Of a stretch of DNA of 64,000 nucleotides, positions 1 to 10,482 are shown piece after piece. The notes under the pieces were generated by a model that was not told the origin of the DNA, ran no database searches, and worked only from the letters and a program-made list of their open reading frames with translations. This stretch comes from Lama guanicoe (taxonomy: Eukaryota): positions 1,428,001 to 1,492,000 of the forward strand of contig MU054338.1 of the NCBI GenBank assembly GCA_013239625.1. Reading direction: 5' to 3'. The translations under genes and the position numbers were made by a program. Position 1 is the stretch's first letter. Each line of letters opens with the position of its first letter.

Positions 1-619
1 TGATTATGGTCTAAGCCACAGAAATTTGGTGTTGTCTGTTACATGGCATTATCACAACATTTGCTGACTGATACACCAGGTATTCACTATGTTGGACCAA
101 GAGAGTGTTGGAGCAGTGAAGCCAAGTGCAGATGAGGGAATCTGTTACAGCAGGTGACAGGTTGGGTAGCTGGGAGCACAGACAAACATGAGACCTCGGT
201 TCAAATTCGGCAACTTAATAGCTGTGGGGTTTTGGTTAATTGACCTCACTTCTCTGAGCCTCTTACTGTCAAGAGCAAATGGAGATGACCCCCCACCCAT
301 TGTCTTGAGGATCCAAATAGAACACATCTGGGGTAAACCATAGGCATTCAATGAATTCTCCCATAAGGTGATGCCTGATCTGGTCCATTTACCTGGCCAA
401 GCTCATCTTCCTTCATTCCCTCCCTTGCTCACTCTGCCCCACGCACACTAGCCTCCTCTCCGTTCCTCCACCGTACAAGAACTGTAAGTTCACTGTAGCC
501 CTTCACTTTGCCCTGACTTCTGCCTAGACCAGTTTCCCCAAAACTTCTCTTGACTACGACTTTTTCTTCCACCTCTGCTCATTGTCAAGGTCAGCACACA
601 ATAGACTCACTGTGTATTG

Positions 620-775
620 TTACTGAATGAATGAATAAATGAGTGGTGGATGGATGGATGGGTGGGTGGATGAGAGGATAGACGGGTGGGTGGGTGGATA
701 GGTGATGAATGGATGGATAAATGGATAGATGGATGGGTGGATGGATGGGTGGGTGGATGGATGGATGGGTCATTT
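620..775 (+). repeat. (GGAT/GGGT)n microsatellite adjoining an L2-like tail
   Basis: Degenerate tetranucleotide array. Confidence 0.9.
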
Positions 776-1139
776 GTGGATGAGGGAGCTGATTCAGGGC
801 TGGAACTGAGACTGGTCATAGATGTCCAAACAGCTGGCCAGGCGTCGGTGCCCAGAGCTCCATGCCCAGATTATTTCAGGGAAGAGCCATCACTTCCCTG
901 AGCCTGACCAGCACTGCCCTCCGCTGGCTGTCCTGGAGTTTGCAGGCAGCCCGCCAGCTCCCAGTAATGTAAAAATAGGCTCTTGTTAAAATCATTCTTC
1001 AGTCTTCATCAACCTAACAAACATTCATTAAGCACCTATCCATACAGAAAACAAAAATCCTAGATCACAGAATTTGAGTTCAGGGTGGAGGAAGTGGTGG
1101 AGACTGGTTATAAACACAGTGACTAGGTAAAAAAAATAT

Positions 1140-1342
1140 GTGTTAGAACTACTATATACAAAGTAGGTAAACAACAAGGTCCTACTGCACAGGGAACTAT
1201 GATCAATATCCTATAACAAACCACAATGGAAAAGTATATGGAAAAGAATATGTGTGTATATATACGTGTAACTGAATCACTTTGCTGTGCGCCTGAAACT
1301 AACACAACATTGTAAATCAACTGTACTTCAACTTTCAAAAAA
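1140..1342 (+). mobile_element. 5'-truncated L1 3' end (cetartiodactyl type)
   Basis: CACAGGGAACTAT...AACTGAATCACTTTGCTGT...CAACATTGTAAATCAACT motif, similar to 4770-4990 and 25981-26160. Confidence 0.8.
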
Positions 1343-1804
1343 TGATGCTAGAAAATGGAAAAGTTTTCTGGGGAAAAGTTCAGCATGAGAGGTAGAAGAT
1401 ATCATGGGGCTTCATTTTTTAGAAATAACAGCTTTATTGAGGTCTAACTGACAGACCATAAAATGCACGTATTTAAATGACAGAATCCGATCGGTTTTGA
1501 CATGTGTATACCCTGTGAAGTGGTCAGCAGTCAAGGCAGTGAACGTCTTCGTTACCCTCAAAAGGTTCCTTGGGCGCCCCTGAGATCCTTCCTCCCCTCC
1601 CTCCCCACCTCCGGTATCCAAGCAACCACTGATCTGCTTTCTGTCACAGAGGTTAGCTTGCTTTTCCTAGGGCGGAATTTCTCCATCTTGGTGCTGCTGA
1701 CACTGGGACTGAAAAGGCACATCCGACTTAAGAAACTGGATTCTGAGAAGGAGACAATCATTCCTGCAGCTCCTGAGTCCCAAATAAGATGCTTGGGACC
1801 GAGT

Positions 1805-1965
1805 TATACTCCGTGGGGGGCCGTCCTGGGCACTGCAGGGCGTGGGGCAGCCTCCCTGGCCCCACCCACGCGGTACCAGAAGTCCTCCAGGCGTGACAAG
1901 CACAGACGCCCCAGACTTGGCCCTTTGTCCCTCGGGGGCAGGGTCACCCCTAGTTAAGAAATCCT
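1805..1965 (-). mobile_element. MER20-like hAT DNA transposon (further copies at ~31795-31975 and ~52310-52500)
   Basis: Similarity to the remembered MER20 consensus and mutual similarity of the three copies. Confidence 0.7.
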
Positions 1966-2649
1966 GGATTAATCCCAGCTCAGCCCCATGCATCAGGAAC
2001 TTTTGTTTAGTTTCGATCCCAAAACAGATGAGAAACCTGTTTTGGGATCCACTAATGACCTGCCTGAGTTCCCGGCAGAGTTGGAGGCATAACCATGGTC
2101 TGCAGACCCCCTCCCTCCACCTCATCCCTCCCCATTTAACCGTCCTCTAAACTTGTGCTCTCCAACACGACAGTCACTAGCCACCAGATCCAATTTTTTA
2201 TTGCGGTAAAATACACAAAACATTGAACCTATCGTTTCAACCGTTTGTAAGTGCACGGCTCAGCGGCATTAAGCACATTCACACTGTTGTGCCACCATCC
2301 CCACCACCATCTCCAGAGCTTTCTCATCTTCCCAAACTGAAGCTCTGTCCCCATGAAACACTCTCCCTCCCCTCCCCCAGCCCCGCCCCACCCTCTGCTT
2401 CTTGTCTGGAGGGGCTGAGAGGGTGGGCTTTGGAGTCAGAGAACCCAACGGGGTCCAAACCAATTCTCCCACATCTGAGTCTATGTCATCCGCTGGGAAG
2501 ATGGTACCAGTCCTTCCTGTGTCTTTGTGTTGTTGTGGGAAACCCGCCTTCACATCACCTGGTGCCCCCCAGCTCCCTTGGGGTCCCCCCCATGGCTCAC
2601 CTGCAGCCCTTTACAGAACGCTGACCTTCCAGACACAACCTCACCCCGG

Positions 2650-3382
2650 TTATGGCTTAACTGTACTCCCAGCACAAAGATGTGTTCAATTCCTAACCCC
2701 AGACCCACCTGGGAATGGGGTCTGCTATGGGCTGAATGTTTGTTCCCCCCCAAAATGCACATGTTGAATGCCAACCCCCCGGGGGACGGCATTAGGAGGT
2801 GGGTCCCTCAGGGATGGGATTAGTGCCCTTATAAAGGGGCCCTGGGGGTGCCCTTGCCCTCACGCCACGTGAGGACAGAGCAAGACGCTGTCAGCCACAA
2901 AACAGGAACGCAACGTCCTCAGACACGAGACCTGCGGGCACCTTGATCTGGGACTCCCAGTCTCCAGAACCGTGAGCAGTAAACCCCTGTTGCTCACAAG
3001 CCCCCAGGCTGTGACAGTCTGTGACAGCAGCTGGAGCGGGCCAGGTCAGTCACGTAGATGCCATCAGTTACACGCGGTCGGGCAAGAACAGGGCAGGTCC
3101 TAATCCAGTAGGACGCTGTCCTTGTGAGAAGAAGGATATTTGGAAACACAGTGTCCACATAATGACAGAGGCAGAGACTAGGGTGATGGAGTCACCAGCC
3201 CAGGGATGCCCGGGGCCCCTGGAAGGTGGAAGAGGCAGGAAGGACCCTCCCCTGGAGGGAGCGCGGCCTTGCGAGCCCTGGATTCAGACTCTGGCCTCCA
3301 GAACATTTGAGAACAGATTCCTAGCGACTTAGGCCACTCAGTGCGCAGGCACCTGTTAGGGCAGCTGCAAGAAACTCATACA
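2650..3382 (+). mobile_element. Nested MaLR LTRs: MLT1A/MST-like LTR (~2722-3040) inside an MLT1B/C-like LTR
   Basis: TGCTATGGGCTGAATGT start, CCCTTATAAA, CCTCCAGAAC motifs and AAACTCATACA end typical of MLT1. Confidence 0.75.
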
Positions 3383-3904
3383 CCCTGATTCTTCATTCCC
3401 ACCTGCCGTGGTGGTGCAGAGAAGCCCAGCTCCCCTACTCTGGGGGCTCAACCTTCAATAGAACATTCTAAGGCCTGCAGCCAGGTGTTGGCAGCTGGAG
3501 AGCAAGGGCCACTTTGGGGCCCCCTGAGGAGAAAGAGGAAGTGTATTCTGTCCGTGAGTCACAACCAGTAACAATCCTGAGAAAATAAGGAGGCGCCCGC
3601 AGGCCTGAGGCCAGCAGCTCCCTGGCCCCCTTCCTCCTCGAAAACAACTCCTTCTCTTCTTCTTCAGGCAGGCAGGCTCCGAACGCGCAGAGGCATAGAC
3701 GAGCCCAAAGAGGACGGCTTTCAGAACACCCACCTGCTCCCGTCCGCCGCCAGACGCTGCCTACCACCCCGGGGGGCTTTCCTCGGGGCTTCTGTCTCCT
3801 TGTGTCTCAGTGCTATTTACATGTTTATTTTTACGAGACTGGCTCCTTAGAGAACGTCTGCACGTCTTGTTTTGTCACCTACATTTTTTTTTCTCTTAAG
3901 AGTA

Positions 3905-4482
3905 TATTATGGTTTGGCCGTGCCTCAAAAAGCTAAACATAGAATCTCCGTATGACAGCGATTCCACGCCTACGTGTACGCCCAAAGGAGTCGAAAGCAG
4001 GCACTTGAATAGATTTTTGTACATGCATGTCCACAGCAGCCAAAAGGTGGAAACAGCCCAAATGTCCTTTGACAGATTCATGAATGGATAAACACACACG
4101 GTCTCTCCACACACGGGACTGTCACTCAGTCACGAAAAGCAGAGCAGCCCTGACACCCGCTCCCATGGGGATGGACCCTGAGAGCACGACGCTCAGTGAG
4201 AGAAGCAGGCACAGAAGGACACACAGTGTGTGAGTCCACGGATGTGAAACGTCCAGAACAGGCCAGTCCCCAGACACAGGGAGGGGGCTCCTGGTCGTTG
4301 GGCTGGGCGGGTAACAGCTACGGGGACAGGGTTTCTTTTTGAGGTGATAAGAAGAATGCTCTAAAATTGACTTGTGGTGATGGGTGTACGTATCTGCGAA
4401 TGTACTACAAATGATTGAATTGTACACTTTAAATGGGTGAGTTGTATGGTATGTGAATTTTATCTGAATAAAGCTGCAAAAA
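3905..4482 (+). mobile_element. L1MB-like 3' end (related copies at ~25085-25810 + and ~32835-33095 -)
   Basis: CAGCCAAAAGGTGGAAACAGCCCAAATGTCC...GAATTGTACACTTTAAATGGGTGA...AATAAAGCTG typical of L1MB 3' UTRs. Confidence 0.75.
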
Positions 4483-4769
4483 ATATCTGGGGTTCCAAAA
4501 GAAGGCTGCAGATAGACAGAGTCAACATATATTATACAATACAGTATTAATTATTATCATGTAAATGTAATACACAGAATAAATAAAATATATAGATAAA
4601 TACTATGACATTAGGTACAACAAAACGTATCTGTATGTTTACAAATATAGAGGGCATTTTATTTTACTTCAGGTATCATTTTAAAGTGTATATAATGCAT
4701 AATATTCTATACACACATATAGTATAGCCGCAAGTATTAAATAAAGTCTAGTAAGAGATATATATCCTT

Positions 4770-4995
4770 TGGGAGTTTCAGGTTTGCAAATGTTAGCCAC
4801 TATCTATAAAACTCAATTTGAAAAAAAATTTCTTTTGTATAGCACAGAGAACTATATTCAATATCTTGTAATAACCTTAATGAAAAAGAATATGAAAACG
4901 AATATATGTGTGCATATGCATGACTGGGACAGTGCGCTGTACACCAGAAATTGACACATTGTAACAGACTATACTTAAAAAAAAAGCAATTAAAA
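4770..4995 (+). mobile_element. L1 3' end fragment with poly(A)
   Basis: TATAGCACAGAGAACTATATTCAATATCTTGTAATAAC...ACATTGTAAC plus A-tail. Confidence 0.75.
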
Positions 4996-5012
4996 AATAT
5001 TTCTTGGATGGA

Positions 5013-5140
5013 GGGGAGGGTATACCTCAGTGGCAGTGTGCTTAGCATGCATGAGGTCCTTACCTCCATTAAAAAAATAATGGATCAATCCATCTAATTA
5101 TTCCCCCCCAAAAAACAAAAGCAAACAAACAAAAAAGAAA
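5013..5140 (+). mobile_element. tRNA-derived SINE (camelid vic-1-like), B-box region deleted
   Basis: GGGGAGGGTATACCTCAGTGG...CTTAGCATGCATGAGGTCC...ACCTCCATTAAAA and A-rich tail; similar to the other copies. Confidence 0.75.
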
Positions 5141-5747
5141 TATGGTGTATAAATTTAGCTTCCTCAATGAGCATCACTGCTCTTAAATTTAGCAGCAAAA
5201 ATTCTATAAATGCAAAGAAAAAACGTGGAGGAGAGAGAGGTGTGAGCAAAGGAGGGCAGGACCTCACACGCAGGGCACTTGTGTTCAGGTGTCACCTTCC
5301 GTTTTCCATAACAACACCTCTGCTGAAGCATTTGAATGACCAAGAAAAACACTAAAACGTGCATCAAGGACCGTAACAAATAAAAAATATAAGCAAGATA
5401 AAAAGTAGCCCACATCTAAGCCTGAGCATTTCTGCCGCCACCACCTCCTCCAGTCCTCGGCTAGGGCGCGTTGACAGGGCTGTCATGTTGATGCCAGGAG
5501 CACATCTGGCTGTCCCACGCTTTATCGTGCAGCAGCAGATGTGTGTGCCGATTTGAGGCCAAATCCAGCCATTTGAGGCTGCCCTTTAGCCTGGTTCTCA
5601 CCCAGGGCTGTGCCAGACCCAGGAAAAGTGGTTGTGCCTCATTTACTTCCATTTTCTTGCTATTTGTTCAAAATGACCCTGGATGTGGTGAAAGGAAGTT
5701 TGGCCCCTTTTGTGTTTACTTTTTAGCATTTTATGATGAACTTTTAA

Positions 5748-5876
5748 TTAAAAAAAATTTTTATGGGGAGGTAATTAGGTTATTTATTTACTGATTTTAA
5801 TGGAGGTGCTGGGTATTGAACTCAGGACCCCCTGCATGCTAAGCACGTGCTCCACCACTGCGCTATACCCTCCCTC
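5748..5876 (-). mobile_element. tRNA-derived SINE (vic-1-like) with target-site duplication
   Basis: A-box/B-box-like head; flanking TATGATGAACTTTT / TATGACGAACTTTT. Confidence 0.8.
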
Positions 5877-6224
5877 CTATGACGAACTTTTTAAAAAATA
5901 CAGAAGGTCGAGGGAACTTTATAGAGAAGGCCTGCACCTCTGGTGCCTAGAGTCTACAAGCATATTTTGCTGTGTTTGATTTGTGTGGCCTCTGTCTACC
6001 CGTCTTAATTTTAAGATTTCATTTCAAAGTCTACTACAGACATCCAGCCCCTCCAGCAGGCACGTCGTTCACCAGGGATCAATACATGTGGGTGTCTTGA
6101 ATGTCTGGATGAAATTTGCTAGAGTGAAATATACAAGTCCCACTGGCACATCAGATGGGTTTTGTCAAATGCACACACCGAAGTCACCCTCAGCCCATCA
6201 AGACCTTGGACATTCCCCCGACTC

Positions 6225-6590
6225 CATGTGTGAGTCCCCTGGGGCGGCTGTAACAAATCATCACCAGAGTGGTTTGAAACAACACAGGCTTATCAACTCA
6301 CAGTTCTGGAGGTCCGGAGTCCGACTCGGGTCTCACAGGACTAAAACCCAGGCCTGGGCGGGGCTGGTCCCTCCGGAGGCTCCAGGGAGAATCGGGTCCT
6401 GCCTCTTCCAGCTTCCAGAGGCGCCGCATCCCTGGCTCGTGGCCCCCCCTCCATCCTCACCGCCAGCAGCGCAGCATCCCCCGTCTCTCTCTGACTCTGA
6501 CCTCCCGCCTCCCTCTGATGAGGACTCTGTGAGGACACGGGGTACTCCGGGGAATCCAGGGTCACCCCCATCCCAGGGGCCTTAACTTAA
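6225..6590 (-). mobile_element. MLT1 (C/D-like) LTR, copy A
   Basis: GCTGTAACAAATCATCAC...AAACAACAC...TCACAGTTCTGGAGG MLT1 motifs; core identical to 34341-34505. Confidence 0.8.
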
Positions 6591-6599
6591 CTGAAATTA

Positions 6600-8560
6600 A
6601 TTTTGTCCTACGAGGCGGAGGGAAAGGGGGAGCGCTGGGACCCCGGGGGCCTTTGTCGCCCAGGGCCTCCGGGACAGGAAGGGGTCCTTCTGGGGGAGGG
6701 GCCCCTATAAAGGGGGACAGGGCCCACGGCAGAGACCAGCCACCGCCAGACTCCCGAAAGCGGGGCCAACGCGGCGCCCCCGCCCCCAGGCTCGGCTGTG
6801 GGAGCCTGGGGGCGGGGGCGCGGCGCGGCGCGCGGCGCGCGTTCCCGGAGCCCCGGCTGCCCCGCCCCCTCCGCGCGCCCGCAGAGTTACGACAAAATGG
6901 AGGAGGAGGGACCCGAGGCGTCTAGCCCAATCCAAGGCGCGGCCCCGTCCCTGGCTCCTCGCCGTCCACCAATCAGACGCCGAGAGGGGGCGGGCGCGCC
7001 TGGGTTTCCTGGAGTCCCCGCCCCCTCGTGCGGCCGCGTTCCCGGCGGCGCGGGGGGCGTGGCCTGGGCGCGGTGCCTATAAAAGCAGGCGGCGGCGACG
7101 GCGCCATTTTGCGAACGGCGAGCAGCGGCGGCGGCGCGGGGAGGCGCAGCGGAGGTTTTCTGGTTTCGGACCCCAGCGGCCGGATGGTGAAATCCTCCCT
7201 GCAGCGGATCCTCAACAGCCACTGCTTCGCCAGAGAAAAGGAAGGGGATAAACCCAGCGCCACCGTCCACGCCACCCGCACCATGCCGCTCCTCAGCCTG
7301 CACAGCCGCGGAGGCCGCAGCAGCGAGAGGTGAGCGCCCCGCCCCCGCCCGAAGCTTCCAGAAGCGCCGCCTGCGCAGGCCCGCAGGGGGCCGGCCGCAG
7401 GGCGCCACGGAAGTTCGGGGAGCGTGAGGTCCGCCCCTTTGTCGAGGCCACAGTCGCGCCGGGGGCGGGTTCTCGGCGGGGTGGGGTGGGGGTGGGGTGG
7501 GCCTGGTGGGTGTAGAGGCCTCAGGTCGGCTTGCGGGGTGGTTGGTGGGATTTGGGAGACACAGGAGTCCTGGGTGGTTTTTGGGGCGCGGGGTTCCGGT
7601 AGCTGCTCGGTTCCAGCCAGAGTCAGGCCCGCGAGACCCGCGAGTAAGTCGAGCGCCCTCCCCCGCGCACCGACGTGGCCCCGGGACGCGGCCGCCCTCG
7701 TGATCCGTTTTTAGTTTGAAAGCGCGTCGGTCCTGCCGCGCCAGGCCCCCGAGGATGTGCGGAGCCGGGCGGCGCCACGTAGACGGCGCCCCGGGCCTTC
7801 CTCGGGGTGGTGGCCCGGCCGCCCTCTCCCACAGAGGGCCGCTCGGTTGAGGGCGGTCGCGTCCGGGGGCGCGGGTCCGGGTGAGCTGTGCTCGCCGCAC
7901 TAACGGAGGTCTTCGACGACGCCCGCGGCGGGGCGGCCCGGGTGGAGCCGGGCGAAATGGAGGCGACTTTGGGGCCTGTTTACACCGCGCAGCAAATGGC
8001 TGCTGGCGCTGCGGGCTGCGCGATTGTGAAAGTCTCCCCCGGGGCCGAGGGCCGCTCTGCCGGGATGACGCAACCGGAGGCCGCGGGGAGCGCGCGAGAG
8101 GGCGTCTCCGCGGACCTGTCCCCGCGGTGCGGGCGGGGGGTCCCGCGGGCCCGCGCCTCCCGGCGTCGCGGGCCGCAGACGGGGCGCGGCGGGGCCGCCC
8201 TGTAAAGAGCCAGGTTGCTGGTCTCTTGAGAACAGGCCTGCTGGGGCCTCAGGTTTTGCTGTAGACTGCGAAAGGGAGAAGGGGAAGCGGAACTTAGAAG
8301 TGGGAAATGGAACTTAACGCAGGATACGGTTGGGCGAGACTTCCAGTTGGTCTTCAGATGATTACGGGGCAAAAGAGCCACCTGGGCCGGGTTGGGCCCT
8401 AACCCCCGTTACCGCCCGCAGGAGGCCGACTCGGGCGGCCAGTTGATTTTGCGGTTGCTTAGCTGCCCGACCCGGCGGAGGCGGGCGTTGGCTTTGCACG
8501 CGGTGTAAACATTTCTCTGCGGGGAGGGAGGCCACGTCCCAGGGGGACGCACGCTCAGTA
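6600..8560. promoter_or_regulatory. OAZ1: CpG island and promoter of OAZ1 (CCAAT 6927-6931 and 6969-6973, GC box ~6987, TATAAAA 7078-7084, YY1-like GCCATTTT ~7103-7110)
   Basis: Very high GC and CpG density; canonical core-promoter motifs in the expected order upstream of the ATG at 7184. Confidence 0.9.
7184..7329 (+). CDS. OAZ1: Ornithine decarboxylase antizyme 1, coding exon 1 ([23 protein letters not shown]...; second in-frame ATG at 7283 = Met34)
   Basis: Translation matches the antizyme-1 N-terminus; GT donor at 7330; 146 nt. Confidence 0.98.
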
Positions 8561-8654
8561 AGGCCTTGGCCTTGTCGGGGGTGGAGGCCCCGTCAGCAGT
8601 GGCCAGTGGCCAGCGGGACTGCCCCAGTGCTGCTCACCAGCCTGTCTCCTCCAG

Positions 8655-8800
8655 TTCCAGGGTCTCCGTCACCTGCTGTAGTAACCTGGGTCCAGGGCCT
8701 CGGTGGTGCTCCTGATGTCCCTCACCCACCCCTGGAGATCCCAGGTGGGCGAGGGAGTAGTCAGAGGGATCACAGTCTTTCAGCTAGTTTATTTTACTCT
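8655..8800 (+). CDS. OAZ1: OAZ1 exon 2, containing the +1 frameshift site (TCC 8710-8712, TGA 8713-8715)
   Basis: CCAG acceptor; ORF1 ends ...GPRWCS-stop after 68 codons; the +1 frame continues [35 protein letters not shown] donor at 8801. Confidence 0.98.
8710..8771 (+). other. OAZ1: Antizyme programmed +1 ribosomal frameshift element: UCC-UGA-U shift site plus 3' pseudoknot (S1 8718-8730 with 8744-8756; S2 GATCCC 8737-8742 with GGGATC 8766-8771)
   Basis: Shift site and complementary stems are readable directly; they match the established mammalian antizyme-1 element. Confidence 0.97.
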
Positions 8801-9239
8801 GTAAGTATTCTGGTTCCGAGGGGTTCCTGGGTGCCTGGGGGGGGCGGGGGAGTGGCCCCACCAGCAGTGTTAAGCTTCTCAGCAGGGAATTGTGCACCTG
8901 TCAGGTGCCAGGAATTTTTTTACTTGGTTTTACTCAACTTTTCAAATCCACAGTTCAAGGAACAGGTGCAAACAAGCCTAACTCTTGCCTGAGCCTCAAG
9001 TAGCCCTTGGCATCTCCTGTTGGTGCCTCAGCCTGAGGTTCTGCTTGGCCCTGGGCCAAGCCACCGCCTCTCGAGGCCCGGGAGGCCCCACACCCAAACA
9101 TCTGCCATGCAGGAGGTTGGGTGACCGGTTATTTTGGTGCATTTCTGGGTTTTCCAGATTGTCAGCGGTAGCAGGGGAGAAGATTCTCAGCTTGTGAAGG
9201 TTGGTGTCCAAGACTAGATTTGGTTTTCTCCTTCCACAG

Positions 9240-9412
9240 GATAATCGGCTGAATGTAACAGAGGAACTAACGTCTAATAACAAGACGAGAATTTTTAACG
9301 TCCAGTCCAGGCTCACAGATGCCAAACACATTAACTGGAGAGCGGTGCTGAGCAACAGCTGCCTCTACATCGAGATACCAGGCGGCGCTCTGCCCGAGGG
9401 GAGCAAGGACAG
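9240..9412 (+). CDS. OAZ1: OAZ1 exon 3 ([34 protein letters not shown]...PEGSKD)
   Basis: Pyrimidine tract plus CAG acceptor, GTGAG donor; antizyme domain sequence; 173 nt. Confidence 0.98.
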
Positions 9413-9672
9413 GTGAGGGTGGGGAGCGGCCAGCCCTGGGCCTGTGTGTGGTGCGTCTTGAAGGTGTACTCGGGAGGAGGGGCGCCTCCGTCAGGAGCCA
9501 GGAGCCAGGCCCCACGTTATTTGGGGGAAAGGCTTCCCTTTGTGAGCGGTGGACCCTAGTTACCACCCAAGGGTTTCCAGGGGACGTCCGGGAACATGCG
9601 TCTGTCACACTGAGGGGGGTGCTCATGGCTCTCGTTAGGAGGCCCCCTGGGGTGCAGGTGGGTGGGTCCTGA

Positions 9673-9777
<105 letters not shown>

Positions 9778-9944
9778 TGACGGCCATCCTTGGCCTCTGC
9801 AGGGGAGAGGGACTCACATCCCTGGGGCCCCACCACACCTGACTGGGCACCCAACCCCACTGGACTCGGGTGCACCAGGGGAGGCGGAGCTCTGGGCCCT
9901 GAGGGTAGAGCGGCGGTTCTGACCTGACGGCGTCTTCTTTGCAG

Positions 9945-10078
9945 CCGCCTTGCTCCGTACCTTCAGCTTTTTGGGCTTTGAGATTGTGAGACCGGGGCAT
10001 CCCCTTGTCCCCAAGAGACCCGACGCTTGCTTCATGGCCTACACGTTTGAGAGAGAGTCCTCGGGTGAGGAGGAGTAG
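9945..10078 (+). CDS. OAZ1: OAZ1 exon 5 coding part (ALLRTFSFLGFEIVRPGHPLVPKRPDACFMAYTFERESSGEEE-stop)
   Basis: Conserved antizyme C-terminus; TAG at 10076-10078; exons total 685 nt, minus 1 skipped nt = 227 aa plus stop. Confidence 0.98.
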
Positions 10079-10225
10079 TGGCCGCCCCCGTGTCCCTGGG
10101 GCCTCGATCGCAGTCCTTTGTGTTGCGCTTCGTGCTGAGCCTTGTGCGGGTGGTGTGATGAGCTGTGCGCTGAGCAGTGTCAGCCTGTTCCCCTGCTGGG
10201 TTTGTCCGCATGTTGTAATTGTGCA

Positions 10226-10482
10226 AATAAACGCTCACTCCAGATTAGCCGTGTATTTCTTGAAGTTTAATATTGTGTTTGTGATACTGGAGTATTTGCT
10301 TTAATTCTAAATAAAAATTTATATTTTACTTTTTTATTGCTGGTTAAAGATGATTCAGATTATCCTTGTACTTTGAGGAAGAGTTTCTTATTTGAAGTCT
10401 TTTGGAAACAGTCTTAGGTCTCTTAACTTTGGAAAGATAGGTATTAATCTACCCTTCTATTGCTCTCAAAAATCCGAATAAA
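10226..10482 (+). terminator. OAZ1: OAZ1 polyadenylation signals (AATAAA at 10226, 10310, 10477)
   Basis: Three AATAAA hexamers in an AT/T-rich 3' UTR. Confidence 0.7.

Noticed and set aside
5013..5876. tRNA-like A/B boxes suggesting tRNA genes
   Set aside because: They are SINE heads with A-rich tails and TSDs and do not form a complete cloverleaf.
5983..6585. Repeated peptide WAGLVPPEAPGRIGSCLFQLPEAPHPW... in three ORFs, suggesting a gene family
   Set aside because: It is the translation of the homogenised MLT1 LTR copies, with no consistent start, stop or splice structure.
6705..6712. Second TATAAA about 370 nt upstream of the OAZ1 TATA box
   Set aside because: No supporting initiator or exon structure; cannot be distinguished from chance.
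6887..8381. Long Arg/Pro/Gly-rich ORFs across CpG islands (also 37163-38511 and 52260-53767)
   Set aside because: Stop-poor GC-rich sequence, some spanning N gaps; no protein homology apparent.
8710..8716. In-frame TGA in OAZ1 suggesting a pseudogene or a selenocysteine codon
   Set aside because: Coding continues in the +1 frame, the introns and promoter are intact, and the site is the canonical antizyme frameshift.
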